DNA from: Octopus sinensis
Lineage: Eukaryota
Assembly: GCF_006345805.1 (NCBI RefSeq)
Contig: NW_021827886.1
Location: 1 to 9,662, forward strand
Length of the DNA: 9,662 bases
Direction of reading: 5' to 3'
The position numbers were made by a program, and so were the translations under genes. Under the pieces are notes generated by a model. That model was given only the letters and a program-made list of their open reading frames with translations. It had not been told where the DNA came from and did no database searches. Shown here piece after piece: positions 1 through 8,435 of the stretch (its first letter is position 1; every line of letters starts with the position of its first letter).

Positions 1-99
1 TAGAGCACCTAGCAGATGTCCTGGAGGTTACTTTCGTATATATTCTCGCTCGTGAGATATATTTGCCAATACTCTGTCAAGATATATATATATCTACTC

Positions 100-262
100 A
101 TACTCATGCATGCAACATACATACAGCATACATACATACTACATACATACATACAACATACATCATGCATGCATGCACATGCTGCTACATACATACATAC
201 ATACATACCTACATACATACATACATACAGACAACATACATACAACATACATACATACATAT
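100..262. repeat. (TACA)n microsatellite with interruptions
   Basis: Direct TACA/CATA tandem array. It produces the MYVC/TYIH pseudo-ORFs at 9-448. Confidence 0.95.
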
Positions 263-612
263 ATGGTGGTGCTGCCCCTCGTTATCGAGTATGGCCATTG
301 CACGAAGCTTAATCAATGTTGTTATCGTGCAATGCCTGTGCAAGAAGATTTTTTTAAAGTGAGGAAAGGGTGTGCACTGAGTCAATCCCACTCACTAAGC
401 AACACCAGCCATAATCCGAAAAGAAGAACAAGTCAACATCATCGGTAACCACTGAGCCACAGGTTTTATGTCAGAGTTATCCCAGTTACCTGAGTTGCCT
501 TCTCTTAGAAGGATGCCCTAACAAAGGCTACGAATCCTTCACTCCCAATGGTTTAATCGCGCGATCGGGTATTCAATCCGATTATTTCTACGTCCCCACG
601 TACGATACAGCC
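263..612 (-). mobile_element. Interspersed repeat fragment, possibly the 5' UTR region of an RTE-clade LINE or a derivative
   Basis: Complex, more GC-rich block between two (TACA)n arrays. The minus strand reads TTGTTAGGGCATCCTTCTAAGAGAAGGCAACTC and CCTTTCCTCACTTTAAAAAAATCTTCTTGCACAGGC, which resemble RTE 5'-UTR motifs as I recall them. No RT or endonuclease homology is visible. Confidence 0.4.
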
Positions 613-662
613 GTATGTATGATACATACATACATACATACATACATACATACATACATACA
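613..662. repeat. (TACA)n microsatellite
   Basis: Direct tandem repeat. Confidence 0.95.
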
Positions 663-828
663 TGTGTGGTGGGTATGTATATACTGAAATATTTATCGGT
701 GATGAAATGGAAAAGTACAAGCACAAAAAAGAACTCAATACATACCATAGAGGTGACATGTATTAAACAACATAACGGTTTCTAAATTAAGCGGAAAGGT
801 TGCAATTTTAAGGGAAGCGGGTTATCTT

Positions 829-948
829 CAGTACTTGACTGGAGAATTAAAGGGGAAGTTGGTCTTGGTGGCATTTGAACTCAGAGGGTAAACAGTTGGA
901 ACAAATACCACAAAGTATTTTTCAATGCGTTCAAACGATTCTACTAAC
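829..948 (-). mobile_element. Degraded tRNA-derived SINE fragment (Deu/Nin-domain-type family), internally deleted
   Basis: ATTTGAACTC at 873-882 (minus strand GAGTTCAAAT, B-box-like) is also present at 8731-8740 and, with one mismatch, at 9393-9402. Flanks align loosely with those two copies. Confidence 0.55.
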
Positions 949-1010
949 GCAAAGACTATTAAACGGGATGATTTAGTTACGCGTATATTCGTGCATAATT
1001 TTTCCGTTTC

Positions 1011-1563
1011 TATTGGATTGTCCAGAAAGTTCGTGCCGATTTTTAAAGGAAAGAAAAAGGTCAATAAATACTTGCCATTACATTTTTAATCAACCAGTTA
1101 TGAACCATTTTGTTCTACATCTTTCCCTTAACTTTAAAATGCCCTCTTCCCAGAATTGAGGTGGTTTCATGGCAAAGAATTCATCAAGGTATCTTTTTAC
1201 GTCATCCAAGGAATTGAAATTTTTACCATTAAGACTATTCTGCAGAGACCTGAATAATGGAAATCCGAAGGAGCAAAATCTGGTGAATATGGAGGGTAGG
1301 GTAACACATCCCAGCCGAGCTGCAGCAATTTTTGTCTGGTTCCCAAAGCATCAAGTGCCGAAAATGACTTTCTTATCTTCCATTTTAAATGGTTACAGAA
1401 TTAACACAGGTTAGGAACATAAACTTTTTCCACGAAAAGATAGCTAAACTGTGCTCTAAATGGAGGTGTAGTCAAATCCCATTTTATGGACTCAACCATG
1501 TTCTGAAATAAGTCGAAAGCTAAGCTACTATAAATCGGCACGAACCTTCCAGACAACCCTATA
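1011..1563 (-). mobile_element. Internally deleted, non-autonomous mariner transposon, 549 bp between TA target-site duplications
   Basis: Inverted terminal repeats 1011-1042 (TATTGGATTGTCCAGAAAGTTCGTGCCGATTT) and 1532-1563 (AAATCGGCACGAACCTTCCAGACAACCCTATA) match at 27/32 including the outer TA dinucleotides (1011-1012, 1562-1563). A transposase remnant lies inside. Confidence 0.92.
1086..1383 (-). pseudogene. Mariner (DD34D-type) transposase remnant: about 14 N-terminal codons fused to the C-terminal region, with frameshifts
   Basis: My translation of the minus strand gives MEDKK(V)HFRHLMLW, then TRQKLLQLGWDVLPYPPYSPDFAPSDFH, a frameshift, then FRSLQNSLNGKNFNSLDDVKRYLDEFFAMKPPQFWEEGILKLRER and QNGS*LVD*. 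YSPD(L/F)APSD is the canonical mariner motif carrying the third catalytic Asp. Confidence 0.9.
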
Positions 1564-1859
1564 TAAATCCATAACGGTGAAACTATAATATATATTTGAA
1601 CGGCGAAACCTAAAATTGCCAGTAATGGAAATATAACTAGCATACTATACAGTTTAATACACCACCCTCCCACACTCACACATAGACATATATATGTAGT
1701 TGAAAAATATCGTTATAGGTATAAAAATACCATAAAACAATTATAGAAAATGGAGGAGAAAAAGATGTTCAATCAAAATTAGATTTAATACAAAATAGGA
1801 TTCAATACATACTCATGTATGTATATATGTACCCATATGTATGTACATATATATACCTT

Positions 1860-2545
1860 TTGCTGGTTTCCGCCAAATGTTGAGGGCATGCTGGAGCACC
1901 GCCTTTCAGTGTGATTGGGTTTCCTTTCTGTACTATTTCTAGTGAAGTGGCCTCCAGCTGCGACATGGCTTCATTTAATATCTCAGATAAAAATTTGCGC
2001 AGGCGCTCTTTATAGACCTCCACACCTACACGTCGCAAATCTTTGGGATTGTTTGGCAGAATATTGAGTTGTTGTGGAACCTTGAAATTCAAGCTGTGAC
2101 AGTATCTGTCCCTTATTGTAGATGGAGATGACAGAGTATTGGTATTATGCAATGCCGTCCAGTCTGGTGGTTGGTATAGCTTTCAATTCCTAATCTGGGA
2201 GCTAGACCTTCCAAGATCTTCCATATGTATATCACAACATATCTTTCACACCTTCTCTCTAGGGAGTAGAGCTTCAGTTCCTTTAGCCTCATCTGTTTCA
2301 CCAAGTCAATCTCCTTTATGTAGTGGCAGTGGATTGCCTCAAGTTCTGCCACCAGTTTCACGCTCTGCAGCGACCACAGTTGGAAGCAGTAATCCAGACG
2401 ACTGGGAACCAAAGTTCTCCATAAGAATAGCATGGTATCCCTTTACTAGTTCCGAATGGTCTCAGAAACCATCATGTTACTTGCCAGCAGTGTTGCTATC
2501 TTGATAATACTCACATGGAATATCGCATCATTGGAATAAGCCCTA
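1860..2545 (-). mobile_element. 5'-truncated LINE remnant (CR1/L2/Daphne-like group): C-terminal part of ORF2 plus 3' tail
   Basis: ORF 2113-2433 (WRTLVPSRLDYCFQLWS...RLKELKLYSLERRCERYVVIYIWKILEGLAP) and ORF 1802-2152 (RYCHSLNFKVPQQLNILPNNPKDLRRVGVEVYKERLRKFL) read as consecutive frameshifted pieces of the post-RT domain. Upstream, SNDAIFHV...WFLRPFGT continues the homology. The element ends in a short tail followed by an AT-rich microsatellite. Exact clade not determined. Confidence 0.82.
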
Positions 2546-2701
2546 GCACTGTGTATTCTGATCATAGCCTGTTTGTTAACCGATAATAGATTACCTGAAA
2601 CTTCTCAAAATTGAACTACATGTTATTTTCATGAACTCATTCGTATGTTGCATTCAGATCGTTTTGCAGCTTTAGTATGTCATCAGTGTCTTTGACCGCC
2701 T

Positions 2702-2925
2702 GTCTTTCTTTCAGTTGTTTCAGTCATTAGACTACAGCCATGCTGGAGCATCACCTTGAAGAATTTTTTGTCGAAAGAATCAACCCCACTACTTTTTTAC
2801 AGCTTGGTACTTATTCTATCAGTTTCTTTGCCAAGTCGCTAGTTTACGAGTACGTGAACACACCATCACCGGTTGTCCTGCGGTGATGGGATACAAATAT
2901 AGAGACAAAGGACACACACGTATAT
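2702..2925 (-). mobile_element. 3' half of a SINE (portion downstream of an internal microsatellite), diverged
   Basis: Minus strand ends AAGGTGATGCTCCAGCATGGCTGTAGTCTAATGACTGAAACAACTGAAAGAAAGA, a tail shared with the LINE at 1887-1905. The body resembles an abundant octopus SINE as I recall it, probably the same family as the head at 9170-9350. Confidence 0.7.
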
Positions 2926-2929
2926 ATAT

Positions 2930-2971
<42 letters not shown>

Positions 2972-3216
2972 GATATATATATATATATATAAACATATAT
3001 ATATACATTAACATATATGTGTATATATATATGATATATATATATATATGTACATATATATGTATATACGTATATATATGTATATATGTATATGTATATA
3101 TATGTATTTATATATATATATATATTATAATATATATATTATATATATATACACACATCATACATACATACAACATACATACATACATACATACATACCT
3201 ACATACATACATACAG

Positions 3217-3249
<33 letters not shown>

Positions 3250-3264
3250 CATATATACATACAT
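2920..3264. repeat. (TA)n grading into (TACA)n compound microsatellite
   Basis: Direct tandem repeat. It explains ORFs 3019-3288 and 3048-3266. Confidence 0.95.
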
Positions 3265-4010
3265 AATTGTGAAGATCAAATTGACTGAGACTTCAAGTTT
3301 TGCCTCTCAACTTCTGTAACTGGCTGAACAAGCCGTAAGGCAAAATATTCTACTCAACTTATTCTTCACAATAAATTTGATTTCGCCCCCTGCAAAGTGT
3401 CGCACTATTAGATAATATTCCGTTCATATTCTTTATCTTGCTTTAAAATACTAATCTTATTTTAACATTATACATACATGCAAGTTTAAATTAAAGTTAC
3501 GAAGCGCGTTTAGACGTTCCAAATGCAAATACGTAGATGCTTAACCACCTCGGATCTCCAGGAACTCTTGATAGTATCAAGTTACAGAAAGGAACTTTAA
3601 TATAAACTTGTGTTTATCCTTATTCTTCCTATATTTGCTCTGTAGTGCATAACTAATAATATTATGCAGTATACTAGTTAATTAACAACTATACAAAAAG
3701 CAAACTGGATATATATATATATATATTTCGTTTTTGGATTTGGTTTGCAAGATTCTTTATATGAATTCGTGTGTTGAAGCATATTCTGTTGTGTCTGGAG
3801 AGAGTCATTCTCTTTTAGTGCCTTATTATTTAACACACTCACTGGTAAAATTTCCACTTATTTCTTTCTATTCTAAAATAGTCAAGACTATTGAAAAGGT
3901 TGCAAGACGCAACGAAAATTTTAGAAATAAAAAAAGAAATAAGTGGAAATTACCGGTTAGTGTGTTAAATAATAAGCGCACTAAAAAGAATGACTCTCTC
4001 AGACACAACA

Positions 4011-4095
4011 TCCTCCTTCTCCCTTCTTTCCTGAGCGTCCAATAATACTTTATTTGTTCCACATCCTTGCGTTGTTGTCTTTTGTGTTGTTTTTC
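4011..4095 (+). mobile_element. Short fragment of an interspersed repeat, possibly Penelope-associated
   Basis: CCTTCTTTCCTGAGCGTCCAATAATACTTTATTTGTTCCACATCCTTGCGTTGTTGT resembles a cephalopod repeat that I recall lying just downstream of a hammerhead motif. No ribozyme core survives here. Based on memory only. Confidence 0.3.
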
Positions 4096-4096
4096 T

Positions 4097-4187
4097 TTAT
4101 TATATTTATATATAATATATTATATATTATACTATATATATATATATAATATATATTCATACATACATATTCATACATACATACAAT
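4097..4187. repeat. (TA)n/(CATA)n low-complexity tract
   Basis: Direct inspection. Confidence 0.85.
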
Positions 4188-5200
4188 TGATAATTCTTCA
4201 TGTGAAATTCTAAAATCAAAAGCTTTCAAAATCTGAAATTATTCGTGTGAGCATTGCGTTACAAAAAGGAAATTACTGAAAGAATTCGAAAGGTTATTTA
4301 AAACTATGTAAGTGAGTATCAAATGAAAACGTTAAAAAAAAAGGGAGATTGAAAGTGATGAGTGGTAAGTATATTTGTCTTGCTGAAAGAGCAAAACATT
4401 AGTAAAGTAAAATTGTCATAGACGCAAACTTTAAAAATATATTATATAGACAAAAGATTTTTTTGAGAGTCCTCACGAAGGTCCAAAAAAATAAAAAAAA
4501 GACACCTACTTAGCGACCTCAGCTCACTGCTCCTTGATGTCACAGCCATCAATGAAAGATTCCCAAGATGAAACCGCTCGACCACTCTCTGAAACACTAC
4601 AAGGTCTACGTCTCCTTCGGTCGACCAGGATCCTGTAGCCTAGCGGTGTTTTCCAGATAAGGCATGAGCCTAGAGGTAAAAACAGTTTTCCCTAGGCCCG
4701 GATGGTAAGTAGGTGGTCCTGAACTTGAGCAGTTGTTAAGACGATAGTGGGGTCATGAAATTAGTGGCCGTTATGCTCCACTGAAGCGGACAGGCCAGAT
4801 TTCTTTAGACATCTAGAGGAAAGTCTTAGGAACGTCTCGCTCATTAGTATTAGTGAGATTGTATAAGTGTAGCCGATAGAAGTGAGTAAAAATCCACTCA
4901 AATCTTCTCGGGCTCTTTCAACTGTCTGACTGTTTCGCCTTGATTTCCCGAATGAACCAGTGTGCACCTGGTCTAATCACAGTGAGAAGATAGAATTTTC
5001 ATTAGGTTAACATATCGGGTTAGCATGCATGTCCACAGTTTGTGATCAATGACTACATGGATCACAAGTTTCTGACTTGTGAAAGTTAAGATTGCAGCCG
5101 TAAAGAATATATTTAGTCATTGACGTTTAGAAGAGGTTCGTAGAACATTATTTACATTATCTACATTCAACGGATATTTGTCCTCATCTTGTTTGTTGTT

Positions 5201-5246
5201 AGCACAACGTTTCGGCTGATATACCCTCCAGCCTTCTTCAGGTGTC
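5201..5246 (-). ncRNA. Minimal type I hammerhead ribozyme (Penelope/retrozyme type)
   Basis: RNA 5'-GACAC-CUGAAGA-A-GGCUG-GAGGGUAUAU-CAGCC-GAAAC-GUU^GUGCU-3'. It has the CUGANGA and GAAA core, a 5-bp stem II, stem I CAC/GUG (plus a G-U after one mismatch), a palindromic ACGU stem III and an NUH (GUU) site. Predicted cut between 5206 and 5205. Confidence 0.8.
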
Positions 5247-5289
5247 TCGGGGAAATTTTGAACCTGGGTTCTTAAGGTATTTTTCGATA

Positions 5290-5291
<2 letters not shown>

Positions 5292-5350
<59 letters not shown>
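5292..5350. repeat. (TTA)n microsatellite inside the SINE
   Basis: Direct repeat. It gives the poly-Leu of ORF 5242-5505. Confidence 0.95.
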
Positions 5351-5355
<5 letters not shown>

Positions 5356-5364
5356 TTGCTAACT

Positions 5365-5419
5365 GGAATCGAACTCGGAATCTTGAGGTTAGTAGCCCGC
5401 GCTCTTAACCACTACGCCA
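5365..5419 (-). promoter_or_regulatory. Internal RNA polymerase III type-2 promoter (A and B boxes) of a tRNA-derived head
   Basis: A box TGGCGTAGTGG at 5419-5409 and B box GTTCGATTCC at 5374-5365, with tRNA-like spacing. Acceptor and T stems do not fold, so this is not a tRNA gene. Confidence 0.8.
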
Positions 5420-5539
5420 TATACCCGTGGGCATATAGCGAGGTTCATAGAATATCGCAAACGAGAATGAGACTATACCATTCCCAGCAGATCAATCCAC
5501 GATAACCTCCATTCTTTGCGATTCCTCGCAGAGAGATTC

Positions 5540-6987
5540 GAGAATAGATCTGGCTCCATCATCACAACCATCATAAGTAATAACGTTACAATCAGCGTTA
5601 CCGCAACCATCACCAATATAAGAAGTAGCACAACCACGATAACCATTACAATTACGACAACCAATATCATCAAAACTGTCCCGACCAATACACCACTGCC
5701 AATACAACCACCGGTAATGTTTCAACTAGAAGCACCATCACAATTACCATCATCACCACCACCACCACCACCACTATCATCATATACACCACTTCTCTTA
5801 CTATCATGGCTATCACGACTATCGTCAACACCAGCATAAACATCACTACCTAGATCAAAACACTAACAGCGCCGCCAACACCAATCCATCCATCACATCA
5901 ACCTCACAACCACCAACACCACAACCACCAACACCACAACCACCAACACTACAACCACCAACCCCACAACCACCAACACCACAACACCACACACCACAAA
6001 ACCACCAACACAAACCAACCAACACCACCAACCACCAACACCACAACCACCAACACACAAACCACAACACCACACCACCAACACCACAACCACCAACACT
6101 ACACCACCAACTCCACAACCACCAACACCACAACAACCAACACCACAAACACCACAACACTAAAACCACCAACACCACAAAACCACCAACACCCACCAAC
6201 CACCAACACCACAACCACCAACACCACAACCACCAAACCACAACCACCAACACTACAACCACCAACCCCACAACCACAACACCACAACCACCAACACCAC
6301 AACCACCAAACCACAACCACCACACACCACAACCACCAACACCACAACCACCAACACTACAACCACCAACCACCACAACACCACCAACACCACAACCACC
6401 CACACCACAAACACCACACCAAAACCAACCAACACCAACAACACCAAACCACAACCACCAACACCACAACCACCAACACACCCACCAAACACCAAACACT
6501 CACAACCAAAACCACAACACACACCAACCCCCCAACCACCACAACCACCAATCAATAACACCACAACCACCACCATGACCATCAAACCAACACTACCATC
6601 ATCACACCACTATCATTATCATCATCTTTCCATCATCATCCCCATCGTCGTCGTCGTCGTCATCATCATCATCATCATCAAGCTACCTATCTACCTACCT
6701 TCCAATCTATCTATCTAATCTTTTTTATTTTATTTTATTTATTATTATTTTATTTTTATTTTCATTTTATATTATTTTTTCTTCTTAATTTTTCAAGTCT
6801 TTCCTTTCTCTTTCGTCATCATCATCATCATTGTCTTCGTCATCATCGTCATTGCTGTAATTCAACATCATCTTTATCTTCATCTTCGTTGTCTTCATTA
6901 TCAGCAATAACTTTTCTTCCATCTTCCCTTTCTCCTTCTTCTCCTTCGTCTCTTTCCTCCTCTACCTCACCATCATTGTCATCGTCG

Positions 6988-7029
<42 letters not shown>

Positions 7030-7182
7030 ACAACAACAACAACAACAACAACAGTAACAAGACTATCAACGTCGTAGCCACCATTACCATCACCATCAAT
7101 AGCAGCAGCAACTACCACCACCACCGCTATCACCAATACCACCTTTTCCATAATCAATGCCACCACCTCATCCACTACCATC

Positions 7183-7237
<55 letters not shown>

Positions 7238-7390
7238 CCACTACCACTGCCACCATCAGTAGCAGCAGCATCACCAGCGTCACCATCATCATCTCCACCC
7301 TCATAATCATCACCATCACCATCACCATCATCAGCACCATCAGCACCACCACCACCAACAACAACACCACCACCACTACCACCATCTTTC
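5540..7390. repeat. Large strand-asymmetric compound simple repeat: degenerate ACC/ATC, 15-mer CACCAACACCACAAC, (CAT)n, (CTAT)n, (TTTTA)n, (CAA)n
   Basis: Direct inspection. It explains all the Val/Trp/Cys/Met/Asp/Ser-rich ORFs between 5473 and 7392. Confidence 0.95.
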
Positions 7391-8007
7391 ATTCTGTTCC
7401 ATCCCTTAATGATTTTATTTCACATTAGATCCAGTATCGAAATGTCAATGTCCAGATTATAATGGTCAACCTGTCATATTACATCAGTCGATTCCTCTCA
7501 TTGTTCGAGAATGTTCCCAGTTGGCGCCAGCCATACACCAAATTACCACCCATCATTTTCTTTGCTCTTCTTTCTTATACTTACACTTGTTCGATTCGAT
7601 TCGATTTCGTTCCATTCCGTTTCTATTTGCTTGCTTTCAAGCGCTTCCTAATGTAATTTTCTAGAGGGTATTATTGACTTTTCAGCTTCTATAAAAGACA
7701 GAGAGATAGATAGATACATAGTGAGAGAGAAAGAAAAACAGACACAGAGAGCTAGAAGAAAGGAGAAGAGAAGAAGAGGGGGTCTTCACACGGCGCCCTT
7801 TAAAGTCTTCATCATGCAGATAAATAGCAAGCTTGCTATTGGTTTTTGTTTAGTTTTATGATTGGTTTTTGTCTTTCTTATTCCGGAGCTGTCCTTCAAC
7901 GTTGAAAATTATTTGTGGTTGAACAAGTAACAGCTACATTTCTCCATGCTGATATAATCTATGGTGTACTTTACTTTTCTTTTCAATCTACTTGAACAAT
8001 AATATGT

Positions 8008-8198
8008 AGCAATCCCAAAAATATGTCTATTTTCTATACATATTTGTGATGTACGTTGTGGCCAAACTGGCTGGTTTACTGCTGTTTATGAGTAACTTGA
8101 GCAACATGGAGCAATCCCAAAAATATATACCTATTTTCTAAAGATATTCACGATGTATGATGTGGCTGGCCAGACTGGTACCTTGTCTTGAAGTAACT
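8008..8198. repeat. Diverged two-copy tandem duplication, period about 102 bp
   Basis: AGCAATCCCAAAAATAT is exact at 8008-8024 and 8110-8126. CTATTTTCTA, GATGTA, TGTGGC and AGTAACT follow collinearly in both copies. Confidence 0.85.
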
Positions 8199-8384
8199 AA
8201 CATAAAATTTAATAGTTTAGTGAATTCTAGATGTTATGTACCGCTAGCTGTCACTGGTAAGCGAGTAGGTTTTGGTAACATGCCTTCGCAAATTGTTGAG
8301 GGGCTGTGTAGCGCGAGAAGATATAGACACCTTCCCGAGATTGTGACAGCTGAAAAGAGAGAGAAGTCTACATCAGCTCTTGAG

Positions 8385-8435
8385 CAGTACTCATTATAAA
8401 TGAGTGGATTAAGGCAATGTGAAATGAAGTGCCTT
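8385..8435 (-). mobile_element. Small SINE-like fragment
   Basis: CAGTACTCATT...GAGTGGATTAAGGCAATGTGAAATGAAGTGCCTTG resembles the reverse complement of a metazoan SINE central domain as I recall it. Short and diverged. Confidence 0.3.

Larger units (their letters stand above)
5146..5439 (-). mobile_element. Full-length tRNA-headed SINE-like retroposon carrying a hammerhead ribozyme, flanked by a TSD
   Basis: Flanked by GAGGTTCGTAGAA (5133-5145) and GAGGTTCATAGAA (5440-5452). Minus-strand order: 26-nt palindrome, A box TGGCGTAGTGG, B box GTTCGATTCC, (AAT)n, hammerhead core, tail (TGTARATAA)2. Confidence 0.85.

Noticed and set aside
470-612. HDV-like ribozyme in the RTE-like fragment
   Set aside because: A P1-like pairing (GGCUGU/GUAGCC) exists, but L3 length, P1.1 and the order of elements do not fit the HDV fold.
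1169-1679. ORFs 1169-1414 (+) and 1401-1679 (-) as genes
   Set aside because: They are the antisense and 5' non-coding frames of the mariner remnant.
2655-2690. Second hammerhead on the minus strand (GACA-CUGAUGA-...-AAAACGAUCUG)
   Set aside because: G12 is missing (AAAA in place of GAAA), stem II has only 2 bp and stems I and III are poor. It is chance or a dead relic.
185-3225. Shared interruption order (TACC then GACA) in the (TACA)n arrays at ~185-235 and ~3178-3225
   Set aside because: Single-base variants of a very common microsatellite recur easily, so this is not enough to infer a common origin.
4657-4704. 48-nt plus-strand exon (TTTTCCAG acceptor, ATG|GTAAGT donor)
   Set aside because: All three reading frames contain a stop codon and nothing else supports it. 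A non-coding exon cannot be excluded.
5365-5426. tRNA gene
   Set aside because: A and B boxes are present but the T stem and 3' acceptor strand do not pair. It is a SINE head.
5473-7392. Mucin-like, membrane or poly-Asp/Met proteins suggested by the long ORFs
   Set aside because: They are translations of CAC/CAA/CAT repeats, which are open in several frames because such repeats lack stop codons. No non-repetitive domain or splice structure supports them.
8008-8130. Sm-site-containing snRNA or spliced-leader RNA repeat (ATTTTTGG on the minus strand)
   Set aside because: There is no 3' stem-loop after the motif and no leader or donor structure. The motif is common in AT-rich DNA.
8008-8198. 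CRISPR-like repeat-spacer array
   Set aside because: Only two copies, the intervening sequences are homologous to each other, and the context is eukaryotic.
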